32,000 nt of DNA from Promethearchaeia archaeon. GTDB taxonomy: Archaea > Asgardarchaeota > Lokiarchaeia > Sigyniarchaeales > SOKP01. Position numbers and translations under genes: made by a program. A model generated the notes under the pieces. The model was not told where the DNA came from, made no database searches, and saw only the letters and a list, made by a program, of their open reading frames with translations. The stretch covers positions 1 through 32,000 of the forward strand of contig JAWOFX010000002.1 of NCBI GenBank assembly GCA_046497275.1, read 5' to 3'. This document shows positions 16,401 to 26,324 of the stretch, one piece after another; position 1 is the stretch's first letter, and each line of letters opens with the position of its first letter.

Positions 16401-18838
16401 TTTCTTTTTAACTCTTTTGTGGGAATTCCATTTGAAGGGCAAAATCTAATCGGCGGGGTGGTGATAAATTTGGTAACTTTTTGCCTTGCTTGATTGGGTA
16501 GGCTTCGGCGAGGATCGGAAATCAAGCGTAGGTTGTAGGCGATGGCTTTATGGGAAAAGAGCTCTGGATGTTTTTTTCTGCCGATATTAGCAGCACCGTT
16601 GATATCTCCGTGAATGATTTTTCCGTTCCTTGTCCGAAACAGCCCATTATGTTTTACTTTATTTTGGGTGAATCTGCGTAATCCAGCATATTCATCATTT
16701 GGTTTTTTCCCAATGGATTCTTCATCAATAAATGAACATTTGCTGGTATACCATTCGGTTGTGTAATCCACTTTAATTCCAAAATAAATAGCTTCTTCCT
16801 GAATCCGTTCAAACATTCGGCTAAATGGAAGCGAAACGAATAAATCTCTGGTTATCTTCTTGAGTTTAACAGTATTGGTTTTCCATCCCGTGTTATAGCC
16901 AATTGTAATCGTCCCTACTCCATAGTATAGGCAATAATACATAAGCTTCTTGGCGATCTTGTTAATGGCATCCCGCTTCACTCTGTTATATTTGTCCCAT
17001 AACTCATCTATTTTCAATTTGACAGATGCTAAATATTTCCGTAAATTTTGAACTGACCACCCAGAAATTGTTTCCAAAATTCGTATTTTACGATTCCTTT
17101 TGTCCCGCAAATAGCGAGAATAATTACGCAAGAGAGAATTTTTCTCACGAGGGGCAATCTCCATCAAAATAATCTTTCTGAGCTTATTAAAAATCCCTTT
17201 ATAAACACTTTCTCCGTCGCTCTCAGCAAGTTTTCTGAAATTGTCCCAATTCGTATTTTTTGCAGTCCTAAAAAATGATCTGGAACGAAAACATCCAAGA
17301 GAAGAATTCGTATCCAATCGTGAAAGATCAGAAAACTTTTTAAAAACATACAAAATCATTTTTTTCAAGTTCTCGAACTCGTCGTGATAGGTGTGAATTC
17401 GAGAATCGATAATTGAGTCTAATGGTTGAATAAATTTATTTTTTTCATATCGCTCTAGCAAATCGGCAATTACATCAGCTTTCCGTTGCAGTGAGGGAAC
17501 TCTATGATTTATCCTATAATTCCATTTTTTTATTGCTGAACCGCTAAAAATAGGAAATTTCGCACCAAAATTTTTAAAGACAGTAAGAAAATTATTCACT
17601 CCGAAGTCAATGGAAATGGCTCTGTTAGGGTTTTGCTCGTAATTATTGAGATCAAGACCATATTCTCTGGCTCGTTGTGGTTTCGTTTTGTAATAATGAA
17701 TGTTAAATGAGTAATTTCTCCCGCAAGGTATGATCTCCACAAACCCACCGTTTTTGAACAATTGAGATAATACCCTTGCTCTGACTCGTATTCGGGGGAT
17801 TAAATGATCGTGTGAGGGTGGCACATACATATAACACGTACGTCTTTTATTATTGATGGCGTCTTTAAGGCTTTCTAGATTCTTCCTATGTTCGAGTCTC
17901 TGCTTTGTATAGATTAATTTCCATTGTCCCACTCGTTCTCCCTTTACTTTTTTGCCAATGTAGCGGGGTAGACCAGGTCGTGACGGCTTCTGACCGCGTC
18001 GATTTTCTGCGGTATGTTTCCAGTTTTTTAGACTTTCATAATATTTCTCTATTAACTTTAGGTGACTCAAAAAATTCTCACACACAGCTATAACTATCTG
18101 TTGGGCACATATAGTATATCCGATATCTTTGTAAGAATCCATAAATTTCATTATCGTTGGAACAGTACTACTTAAGGCTCGTAATCCATTTTCAAAAATT
18201 CCGTTCAAAATCTTTATAGCCGCCTTTTTTGTGTCAGTTGGATAACCGGATTCTCTTATGGTTTTATAAAATTTGTTCTCTATACTTTTACGATATAGGC
18301 TTTTCTTCTCAGGATCTTTCGTATTATGAAAAAAATAATATTGGCGCAATAAGTACAATGTATCATTCGCGAGTGCTCGAGAACGGTCAGAAAGGCGATT
18401 TAACTCTTTTAAATCAAATTTAGACCGAGAAATCCGGATTGACTCGGTGGAATAACGCCCTTTTTCGTCAATCATCGATTGCATTTCCTTAATGTGCTTT
18501 TGGTTTATTACAAAAGATCTCGAAGTAAGCTGCTTATTATCAATAGGTTTTGGGTTGATATGATCTTTATGGATTCCTACATTGGAATTCTTCGAAATAT
18601 CTTCGGCAGAATTCTTATTCTTCTCTTCGTTTAAATTTGGCAATAATAATTGGGAATTATTAGTTTTTTCTTGTTTAATTTTCTCAAATAAAGGATAAAA
18701 AGGGACCCCATAATTTCTCATCAGGATTTTATTTATCGCATCCAACCCTAACACAATATCGGTTTTAAAAGTCTGCGTCATATTGGTTTTAAGTAAGAAA
18801 TTGTCCTTATAGGCTTGATGATTTACATAAAATTCCAC
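16310..18838 (-). CDS. tnpB: Oversized TnpB-family RNA-guided endonuclease (842 aa from GTG 18838; 823 aa from ATG 18781)
   Basis: RuvC-I ISIDFGVNN (D411), TITIGYNTGWK (G647 at the canonical Glu position), TEWYTSKCS (E695), GLFRT...HGDINGAANI (D745); also PGLPRY and VEIIP motifs. Confidence 0.9.
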   Translation of the reverse strand: MEFYVNHQAYKDNFLLKTNMTQTFKTDIVLGLDAINKILMRNYGVPFYPLFEKIKQEKTNNSQLLLPNLNEEKNKNSAEDISKNSNVGIHKDHINPKPIDNKQLTSRSFVINQKHIKEMQSMIDEKGRYSTESIRISRSKFDLKELNRLSDRSRALANDTLYLLRQYYFFHNTKDPEKKSLYRKSIENKFYKTIRESGYPTDTKKAAIKILNGIFENGLRALSSTVPTIMKFMDSYKDIGYTICAQQIVIAVCENFLSHLKLIEKYYESLKNWKHTAENRRGQKPSRPGLPRYIGKKVKGERVGQWKLIYTKQRLEHRKNLESLKDAINNKRRTCYMYVPPSHDHLIPRIRVRARVLSQLFKNGGFVEIIPCGRNYSFNIHYYKTKPQRAREYGLDLNNYEQNPNRAISIDFGVNNFLTVFKNFGAKFPIFSGSAIKKWNYRINHRVPSLQRKADVIADLLERYEKNKFIQPLDSIIDSRIHTYHDEFENLKKMILYVFKKFSDLSRLDTNSSLGCFRSRSFFRTAKNTNWDNFRKLAESDGESVYKGIFNKLRKIILMEIAPREKNSLLRNYSRYLRDKRNRKIRILETISGWSVQNLRKYLASVKLKIDELWDKYNRVKRDAINKIAKKLMYYCLYYGVGTITIGYNTGWKTNTVKLKKITRDLFVSLPFSRMFERIQEEAIYFGIKVDYTTEWYTSKCSFIDEESIGKKPNDEYAGLRRFTQNKVKHNGLFRTRNGKIIHGDINGAANIGRKKHPELFSHKAIAYNLRLISDPRRSLPNQARQKVTKFITTPPIRFCPSNGIPTKELKRKERLNKSKIKPQRYQMSPKRFLAMTRVAYV

Positions 18839-18907
18839 ATCAGAAATAAACTCACCTTGCTTTGAGATGTTTAAGATTTTGTATCTCGATTATCTTTGAG
18901 GGAAAAA

Positions 18908-20110
18908 TTAATTAATAGGAAGCTTAAAGGAGAAAGTAGAACCTAATCTAAGGCCTTCAGATTTGGCAAAGATCTCCCCATCATGCAAATTTATGATTTC
19001 TTTCGAAATATGAAGCCCTAACCCGGAACCATTCATTTTGATATCTAATAAATCATTCGATTTTTCTATATCTGGAAATTTATTAAATACTTTTTCAAGT
19101 TGATTTTGAGTAAGGCCAATTCCCGAATCTTTAATATTAAAAAACGCATAGGTTCCCTCAGTTTTAATTATTATTTCAATATCGCCGTTAGGAGGTGTAA
19201 ATTTTATTGCATTTGAAAGTAAATTTATTATTACTCTCTCTATCTTTTGAGCATCGATATTTAATATTAATGTTTTTGGGAAAATTGTATTTACCATTAA
19301 ATTTTTCTCATCAATTTGATATTTGACGTCTCTAAGACAATTCTTTACTAAACAAATAAAGTCTTGCTTTTTCTTTTCTATTTTAAAATTATTTGATTCT
19401 AATTTGGATATATCCAATAAGTTCCCAACCAACTTTATAAGTCTTTCACTGGAATTATTTATTATTTCTAAAAGATCTTTAAAAACAGAAATATCTTCAA
19501 ATTTATTTTTATTATAAAAATCTAATAGGAGTTGACTTGCTCCATATAAGGAAGTGATTGGAGTCTTTAATTCATGAGTAGCAATATTTAAGAAGTTTTT
19601 TTGCAATTCTTCGATCTTTTTTAATTTGCTAATTTCTCTTTTGAGTAAATCTTCCAATTCTATCCGATTTAAATTTTCCTCATAATTTCCTATAATATCT
19701 TTGCTTTTTATTCTGGTCCCTAGACTAAGAGATTCTTGAAGATTTATTTCGTCAATAATTATTTGGATAAATGATTGATTAATCAATTTTATTTGAGACA
19801 TATAAAGGTTAATTAATTTTACCTCTTGATTTATTTCTATTGAGAACCCCTTTTTACCAAAAATATCTCCTTTAGCTACTTGATTTAACTGTTCTTCAAG
19901 TATGATGCTTAAATCTTCAGGAATTAATGAATTGAGGAAAATATTTTTGGTTATCACATCATCATAATTTAAATTAAAAAAAATTTGTGCTTTTTCATTT
20001 AAATATTGAATTTTTCCTGAAAAATCTAATAGAAAAAGAGAATATGGTAACTTATTGAATTTAATCTTCAATTCTTCATATTTTGGTATATTATTATCAA
20101 AACTAATCAT
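18908..20110 (-). CDS. PAS-domain sensor histidine kinase
   Basis: PAS-like N-terminus (LLDFSGKIQYLNE), H-box ATHELKTP, NLLSNAIKF, DSGIG, GSGLGL, GSTF. Confidence 0.92.
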   Translation of the reverse strand: MISFDNNIPKYEELKIKFNKLPYSLFLLDFSGKIQYLNEKAQIFFNLNYDDVITKNIFLNSLIPEDLSIILEEQLNQVAKGDIFGKKGFSIEINQEVKLINLYMSQIKLINQSFIQIIIDEINLQESLSLGTRIKSKDIIGNYEENLNRIELEDLLKREISKLKKIEELQKNFLNIATHELKTPITSLYGASQLLLDFYNKNKFEDISVFKDLLEIINNSSERLIKLVGNLLDISKLESNNFKIEKKKQDFICLVKNCLRDVKYQIDEKNLMVNTIFPKTLILNIDAQKIERVIINLLSNAIKFTPPNGDIEIIIKTEGTYAFFNIKDSGIGLTQNQLEKVFNKFPDIEKSNDLLDIKMNGSGLGLHISKEIINLHDGEIFAKSEGLRLGSTFSFKLPIN

Positions 20111-20261
20111 TTTTCAAATTTGAAAAAAACCAATTCTTAAATTGTTAAACAAAATGATCTTAAAAAAAAGCTATGAAAAAAAAATTCATTCTTACCTATA
20201 TAACGAACAAAATTGTAAAAATTCTAAGAACTCAAAATTTTATAAATTTCAATATGATGTA

Positions 20262-21767
20262 TTATTTCATTCTTCTTCGAAACTGTGAATAATCGCTTAA
20301 CACTTTAAAACATTGGCTAGGAGCATCCCATAAATCAAAAATAGGGATATCGTGAGATATAAACTTTTGTAACCACCCTGAACGATATGGGATTGGGCCA
20401 ACGTAAAAAACAGGTATAGAATATTTTTTCATTAATCTTTTCATTGGTTTGAATACAGCTCTCTCTATTACATTTCCGATATTTCTCATTTGATCATCTA
20501 TCACCATACCAGATTCTTCCATCGTTTTAAGCACATCATCTAAATCGAAGACACCATAGACAGCAATGCCATCAACCTCTCCGGATTCCATTAAGATTTT
20601 GGGGAATTTTTTGAACAAATTTAAAAAATCTATGTCAAAAGTCACATCTATCGGATTTAGAGCACTTGCTGTGGGTGGAATATATTGTTTAATTTCCTCT
20701 TGAAGAGTATTACTGAATTTAGGTACTTCTAATCCAAATTTTTCCATAGACTTCGTCATCATGCTCCCACTCCCCCCAGAATCAGTAACGACTGCAATCT
20801 TTTTTCCTTTCATAAATACCTGCTCTTTTTGTGCAAATGAAAGTGTACGAAGATAATATAGAAAATCTTGCATTGAAATAGTCGAAATTATACCCGTTTC
20901 TTTAAACACAGCATCATAAATATTTTGATTTCCCCCGATAGATCCAGTATGACTCATTATCGATCTTTCTGCTGCTTCTGAACCCCCAGCATAAATTGCT
21001 ACAATGGGTTTTTTAGGGGTTATTTTTTTTGCGATATCAATAAATTCTCTGCCCCTCTTTATTTCCTCAATATAAAGTCCTATTACTTGTGTTTGTGGAT
21101 CATCTTTGAAAAATTTTAAATAATCCACTATATCGATGTTAAGTTCATTTCCTATAGACAAAGATTTACCGACCCTAACACCCCAATCTTGGCAATGCCA
21201 AAACAAATGACAGGCAATAGTTCCAGACTGTGAAATTATCGAAATATTTCCTCTTTCAGGAGTTTCATAGATCCACATTGTATTAAAATGTGAGTTCTCG
21301 TTTTCGGGGTCATACCATCCGTTATATATTCCCAGACAGTTTGGACCAACAAACCTCATTCCATACTTCTCAGCTATTTGATTGATTTTTTTCGATAATT
21401 CTAAACCATCTTCACCCACTTCTCTGAATCCACCTGAGGTTATAATTAATTGCTTTATGCCTTTCTCTCCACATTCTTGCATGACTTCAGGTACTATTCT
21501 CGGAGGCAAAATAATAAATGCTAATTCAGGTATTTCTGGTAAGTCCAACACGCTTTTATAGGCTTTATGTCCTTGTACCTCATCTAATCTTGGATGGATA
21601 GGAAAAATCTTTCCTGTAAACCCACCTTCCCTAATATTTCTTAATTGCATAGAACCCATTGTGGTTAAAAGATTATTATTCGCACCGAAAACAGCTATGC
21701 TTTTAGGATTTAAGATTTTATATAAAAAGTGGTTTTGATTAAGTTCTTGATATTCTTGTAAGTTCAA
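20262..21767 (-). CDS. ADP-forming acetate/acyl-CoA synthetase, alpha subunit
   Basis: PKSIAVFGA, GPNCLG, SQSG, GNE, SHTGS (phospho-His), TDSGG, NPIDV. Confidence 0.88.
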   Translation of the reverse strand: MNLQEYQELNQNHFLYKILNPKSIAVFGANNNLLTTMGSMQLRNIREGGFTGKIFPIHPRLDEVQGHKAYKSVLDLPEIPELAFIILPPRIVPEVMQECGEKGIKQLIITSGGFREVGEDGLELSKKINQIAEKYGMRFVGPNCLGIYNGWYDPENENSHFNTMWIYETPERGNISIISQSGTIACHLFWHCQDWGVRVGKSLSIGNELNIDIVDYLKFFKDDPQTQVIGLYIEEIKRGREFIDIAKKITPKKPIVAIYAGGSEAAERSIMSHTGSIGGNQNIYDAVFKETGIISTISMQDFLYYLRTLSFAQKEQVFMKGKKIAVVTDSGGSGSMMTKSMEKFGLEVPKFSNTLQEEIKQYIPPTASALNPIDVTFDIDFLNLFKKFPKILMESGEVDGIAVYGVFDLDDVLKTMEESGMVIDDQMRNIGNVIERAVFKPMKRLMKKYSIPVFYVGPIPYRSGWLQKFISHDIPIFDLWDAPSQCFKVLSDYSQFRRRMK

Positions 21768-21885
21768 TTTTAACCCTTTAGAAGAATTTAATAAATGAAT
21801 GGTAATTTGATAACAATATTTTTAATAAAATCTTATATAATATGAATTTTGAGATTTTAATTATGGTAATCCAGAATTAGAATTT

Positions 21886-22398
21886 TTATTTTTTGCCAGT
21901 TGATCCAAATCCTCCCAATCCACGATCGGAATTGGGTAAATTTTCGGTTTCAACAACTTCATAATCATGAAGTTTTCCTAAAATAATCTGACAAATTCTC
22001 TCTCCTTTTTTCAAAATGACGTCTTTATTGGAAATATTTGCAACGATCGCCATCCATTCATTTCTATATCCAGAATCAATGGTACCCGGACTATTTAATA
22101 TTGTGAGTCCGTCCCATAACGCTAACCCACTTCTTGGAACCACTTTAAAATAATATCCTTGAGGAATTGCGGTTGAAAATCCTAAAGGACAACCTACTCT
22201 CTCTAATGGTTTCAATATATACTTATCAGTGTCTATATCAATTAACTCTTTTTTCCCTCCCTCTATATTTATCTTTTTAAATCCCTTAATACGAGCATCT
22301 GCTCCCGCATCACCAGGTTTGGAAAATTCTGGAATTTCTGTATTGGGTCTTTCCTTTTTAAAATATACTTTTATCCTTTCTTTTTGAGATTTTTTCAT
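21886..22398 (-). CDS. dut: dUTP diphosphatase (trimeric dUTPase)
   Basis: AGAD, PRSGLA, GTIDSGYR, QII, RGLGGFGSTG motifs. Confidence 0.95.
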   Translation of the reverse strand: MKKSQKERIKVYFKKERPNTEIPEFSKPGDAGADARIKGFKKINIEGGKKELIDIDTDKYILKPLERVGCPLGFSTAIPQGYYFKVVPRSGLALWDGLTILNSPGTIDSGYRNEWMAIVANISNKDVILKKGERICQIILGKLHDYEVVETENLPNSDRGLGGFGSTGKK

Positions 22399-22515
22399 AA
22401 TATTCTCTAAGTAATCTTTTAACCATAATTATTTAAGAAAATAAAAAAGAATTTTTATTAAATAATCATTAATTAGGATAAAAAAGAAGAATAAACTAAG
22501 CAAGAAAAAGAAATT

Positions 22516-22971
22516 ATGATAGAAATTGGTAGATACAATCCTCGAGAGCATGAAATGGGATTAAAGGAATTATTTTATGATTTTAAGCAAAACAATTCCT
22601 ATTTCCAAGTGAGTTGGGAACAATTTAAAGAAGAATTGGATAAAAGAGTACTTGATCTAACAAAAAGAAATGGTATGGTTACTGCATTGGAAGAAGGAAG
22701 ACTTGTAGGATGGTCTACATATTCTATATTTGTAGATTATCTAGGAAATACGAGAGTTCTTATTCATCAAGTAATGACACGCAAAAAAGATTCATATAAA
22801 AAAGGAATTGAAGAGAAAATAATTCGTGAGCTTGAGAAATATGTGAAAAATACATTAAAATACGACAAAGCATATTATCTCTGGAAAGAATCTGACAGTT
22901 CTCTGCGTAGTTTGTTTCTAAAATTAGGAATTAAGAAATCAGACTATATATGGCATGAAAAAAAGTTATAA
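22516..22971 (+). CDS. Hypothetical protein, possible GNAT-like fold
   Basis: Size and pattern (ALEEGRLVGW, LIHQVMT...KGIEEKIIRELE, LFLKLG) loosely resemble GNAT. Confidence 0.55.
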   Translation: MIEIGRYNPREHEMGLKELFYDFKQNNSYFQVSWEQFKEELDKRVLDLTKRNGMVTALEEGRLVGWSTYSIFVDYLGNTRVLIHQVMTRKKDSYKKGIEEKIIRELEKYVKNTLKYDKAYYLWKESDSSLRSLFLKLGIKKSDYIWHEKKL

Positions 22972-23021
22972 TAATCCTATTCTTGTATTTGATATTAATC
23001 AGTGTGGAGGGTTGACTTATT

Positions 23022-23759
23022 TTGACTGAAATAGAGAACCAGATTGAAAAAGCAGATAAACTTAAAAAAGATAAAAAATTTAACCCAGCCATCGAACTTT
23101 TGGAAAAATTGTATGAAAAGAATCCTGAAAACAATAAAGTAAAAGAATTTTTAACCAACACTTTATTAGATTACGCTGGAGAACTTAATGATGAATTTAT
23201 TAGAGAATATAATGAAGCATTAAGAATCCTTCAGAAAGTCATTAAGATTGATCCAGAGAATTATAGAGCATTATATAATTTAGGAATCACATATCATAAT
23301 TTAGGAGAATACCAAAATGCTTTAGATGCTCTTAATGACGCTCTTGAGATAAACCCTCAGTATAAATACTGTTATTATAATATTGGTTTGATTTATGAAG
23401 ATTTGCATGATTTTATTAAAGCCTTAAAAGCATATACTAAAGCAGTAAAAATTGATAAAAATTTCAGTTATGCTGCTCAAGCTAAAAGAGATATGCAACA
23501 ATTAATCGATTCATCGAGTGAGTTAGAAATTCCCATATTAGATACAATTGATGATAAATCCTTACAGAAATTAAAAAATTTGCTTAAAATGTCTAATAAA
23601 GTAAAAATAGAGATGCTTGAGGAGATTCTTAAAATCGAAAAACCAAAAGTAATTGATTTAATAATCGGATGGGGAGATAAGTATCAATTTGAACTCGATG
23701 GTGATTATTTAATTATAAATAAAGAGACTTTACCTAAATTGCTTAATGAATTAGAATAA
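23022..23759 (+). CDS. TPR-repeat protein with a C-terminal PCI-like winged helix
   Basis: TPRs (ALYNLGITYHNLG, CYYNIGLIY); C-terminal VKIEMLEEILKI...FELDGDYL; TTG start preceded by GGAGG. Confidence 0.8.
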   Translation: MTEIENQIEKADKLKKDKKFNPAIELLEKLYEKNPENNKVKEFLTNTLLDYAGELNDEFIREYNEALRILQKVIKIDPENYRALYNLGITYHNLGEYQNALDALNDALEINPQYKYCYYNIGLIYEDLHDFIKALKAYTKAVKIDKNFSYAAQAKRDMQQLIDSSSELEIPILDTIDDKSLQKLKNLLKMSNKVKIEMLEEILKIEKPKVIDLIIGWGDKYQFELDGDYLIINKETLPKLLNELE

Positions 23760-23825
23760 TATCATTATATGACAAAAATAAGTGCAAAAATAAAAAAATA
23801 ATAGAAATTTGAATATTTTACATAT

Positions 23826-24035
23826 TTACTTCTCAATTTCGAAGTTAACTTGACAACGGACCCTATATACCAACTCATCGACATCTTCGCGGACCTTTAC
23901 GTCAGATTGAATTATTGTAAGGTTTCTGATGCCTCGAAGGGTTTTCTTGGCTTCCATATATGCGTTTTTTACCGCATCAGCCCAATTTTGTTTACTTGTG
24001 CCAACAAGTTCGATACTTTTATAAACTTCACCCAT
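23826..24035 (-). CDS. Dodecin family flavin-binding protein
   Basis: VYKSIELVGTS...WADAVKNA...AKKTLRG...YRVRCQVNF. Confidence 0.9.
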   Translation of the reverse strand: MGEVYKSIELVGTSKQNWADAVKNAYMEAKKTLRGIRNLTIIQSDVKVREDVDELVYRVRCQVNFEIEK

Positions 24036-24270
24036 TTATATCACTTCCTTTTATGTGGTGAAATATGTTGTTATTAGTTAATATTTAAATATTACTGATA
24101 TGAATTATTGAAACTCAAAATTTTCGATAATTTTATAGTCATTTTTTGCTAAATAATAGAGAAAAAAATGATATTTTCTGTAAATTTCAATTTTAAATAG
24201 TTTGATTTAATAAAAATTAATAAATAAAACGAATAAATAAAAAGAAAATAATTTTTTAAAATAGGAAGAT

Positions 24271-25590
24271 TTAGGCATCTGGATTTTCCAATACAACTGC
24301 GACTCCTTGTCCACCGCCACAGCATGCATTAGCCAATCCATATTTAGCACCTTTATCTCTAAGTATTCGAGCTACAGTTCCAGGTAATCTTACCATAGTA
24401 GATCCTAATGGATGTCCAATTGCAGTAGATCCGCCCATAACATTGACTTTTTCTTCTGGTATGTTGAATGCTTTCATACAATTTAAGGTAACAATGCAGA
24501 AAGCCTCATTTATTTCCCAGAAATCAATATCATCTGCTTCTAAACCAGCGTGTTTTAACGCCATTTCAGTTGCAGGAACAGGCCCTCGTCCCATAACGGA
24601 AGGATCAACAGCAGCCCATCCTATTGAGACAATCTTTGCTAAAGGCTCAAGACCTCGTTTCTTTGCTTCCTCAGCTTCCATTAATACTGCCGCAGTCGCA
24701 CCAGCATTCAATGGAGAGGAATTTCCAGGAGTAATAACTCCGTCCTTAGTCCCTTCTCGTTCTTTATAGCCACTTCTTCCTCCAATATCCTCACCATAAA
24801 TATTCTTTTCCAAATAAAATGGTTTAGAGATTCTTGGTAATGATGCTACTTTTTCTAATACAGATTTTCGTGCAGCTTGATCCGTTTTAATTACTTCTGT
24901 TTCTTCTACATTTCCTTCAGCGTGAGCTTCTATAGGAATAATTTCTCCACCCCAAACTCCTGAAGTAAACCATCCTTCTTCTTGAGATTTGATAGTTAAA
25001 TTATGGCTTCGTACACCAAATTTATCCATATCTTCTTTTGTGAAATGAGGAGTTTCTTGTTCATATAATTTTTGGGCGGTCTGAAGCATGTTAATAGTGG
25101 TCAATAAGTCATATTCTGGTCTATACCATTCACTCTTTTTATTAATCATATTCAGATTTGGTTTTACCCAGTCATTATTCATTGGAATCCGAGTCATATG
25201 TTCTACTCCCGTAGCTAATGTACATTTACTGTAGCCTGTCATAATTTCCATTATTCCAACATGCATACCTGAACCAGCAGAACCACATTGTCTGTCGACA
25301 AAGAGAGCAGGAGTATCTTCAGGAAACCTCGCTAGGAATATTGGAAGTCTGCCGCCGTATGTCCATTGTTCATAGACACCCATAGCTGACCCAACGGTGA
25401 CCTCATCGATATCTTCTTTTGTAATTCCCTTATCAGCTAACTTTTCATCGAAAAATTTCATCAATAATGTAGCAAGCAATTCATCTCCTCGAATCTCACC
25501 AAACACATCTCTTTCCGGTTGTTTTGGTCTCGATCGTGAAAATGGTGTTCTCGCGTAATCAATTAACCATACTTCTTTTGTTTCTGGCAT
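24271..25590 (-). CDS. Acetyl-CoA C-acyltransferase (thiolase)
   Basis: RQCGS, NEAF, GHPLG, CCGGGQG. Confidence 0.93.
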   Translation of the reverse strand: MPETKEVWLIDYARTPFSRSRPKQPERDVFGEIRGDELLATLLMKFFDEKLADKGITKEDIDEVTVGSAMGVYEQWTYGGRLPIFLARFPEDTPALFVDRQCGSAGSGMHVGIMEIMTGYSKCTLATGVEHMTRIPMNNDWVKPNLNMINKKSEWYRPEYDLLTTINMLQTAQKLYEQETPHFTKEDMDKFGVRSHNLTIKSQEEGWFTSGVWGGEIIPIEAHAEGNVEETEVIKTDQAARKSVLEKVASLPRISKPFYLEKNIYGEDIGGRSGYKEREGTKDGVITPGNSSPLNAGATAAVLMEAEEAKKRGLEPLAKIVSIGWAAVDPSVMGRGPVPATEMALKHAGLEADDIDFWEINEAFCIVTLNCMKAFNIPEEKVNVMGGSTAIGHPLGSTMVRLPGTVARILRDKGAKYGLANACCGGGQGVAVVLENPDA

Positions 25591-25870
25591 TTTTAATAAT
25601 TCAACTCTTTATTTAGTTTAGATTGAGTAATTTCTTATAAATTGTAATTTAGAAAATTTAAAAACAATATTAAACTTTTTGAAAATGAATACTAGATTGA
25701 TCGATTTGAGAACAAGATTAATGATTATTCAAAAAAAAAGTACCAAAATCAAAAATTTATGTTAAATTTGATCACTTCATTTAGATTAATATCAAGATAA
25801 ACTCAACAAAGAATATATTTTATGAGAAACAAAAAGAATCCTTAATAAAAGTGTTATATTTAAAACTATT

Positions 25871-26296
25871 ATGAGTAAACAAAGTAAAAGAACTAATCCA
25901 AAAATAAAAGTCGCTGTAATTGCGGGAAGTACTTCTGATGAAGAAGTCTATAATAAAGCATTAAAAGTATTAGATGAGAAAAAAGTACCATACGAGCTTA
26001 AAATTCTTTCTGCACATAGAAATCCAGACGAGCTCGATGCTTATGTGAACTCATGTTCTGCATTGATATATATAGCAGTTGCGGGATTATCGGCTGCCTT
26101 ACCCGGAGTAATTGCATCAAAGACTAATAAACCCGTTATCGGTGTACCTGTAAATGCTAAATTAGGCGGCTTAGATGCATTATTATCAATAGCTCAGATG
26201 CCCCCAGGCGTTCCAGTTGCATGTGTGGGAATTGATAGAGGAGATAATGCTGCTCATTTAGCAATAAGAATTTTAGATTTATTAGAAAGCAAATAA
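25871..26296 (+). CDS. purE: AIR carboxylase / N5-CAIR mutase
   Basis: [37 protein letters not shown]. Confidence 0.9.
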   Translation: MSKQSKRTNPKIKVAVIAGSTSDEEVYNKALKVLDEKKVPYELKILSAHRNPDELDAYVNSCSALIYIAVAGLSAALPGVIASKTNKPVIGVPVNAKLGGLDALLSIAQMPPGVPVACVGIDRGDNAAHLAIRILDLLESK

Positions 26297-26324
26297 CTTT
26301 GTAAAAATAATTCAATGAGTTAAA

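Larger units (their letters stand above)
16238..18905 (-). mobile_element. Putative non-autonomous IS200/IS605- or IS607-type element carrying only tnpB; ends approximate
   Basis: Visibly GC-richer than the flanks, structured sequence at both ends, no tnpA in or next to the island. Confidence 0.6.

Noticed and set aside
25871-26296. PurE with AALPG in place of the usual AHLPG
   Set aside because: SAHR and the other motifs are intact, and I believe this variant occurs in other archaeal PurE proteins; not enough to claim a new function.
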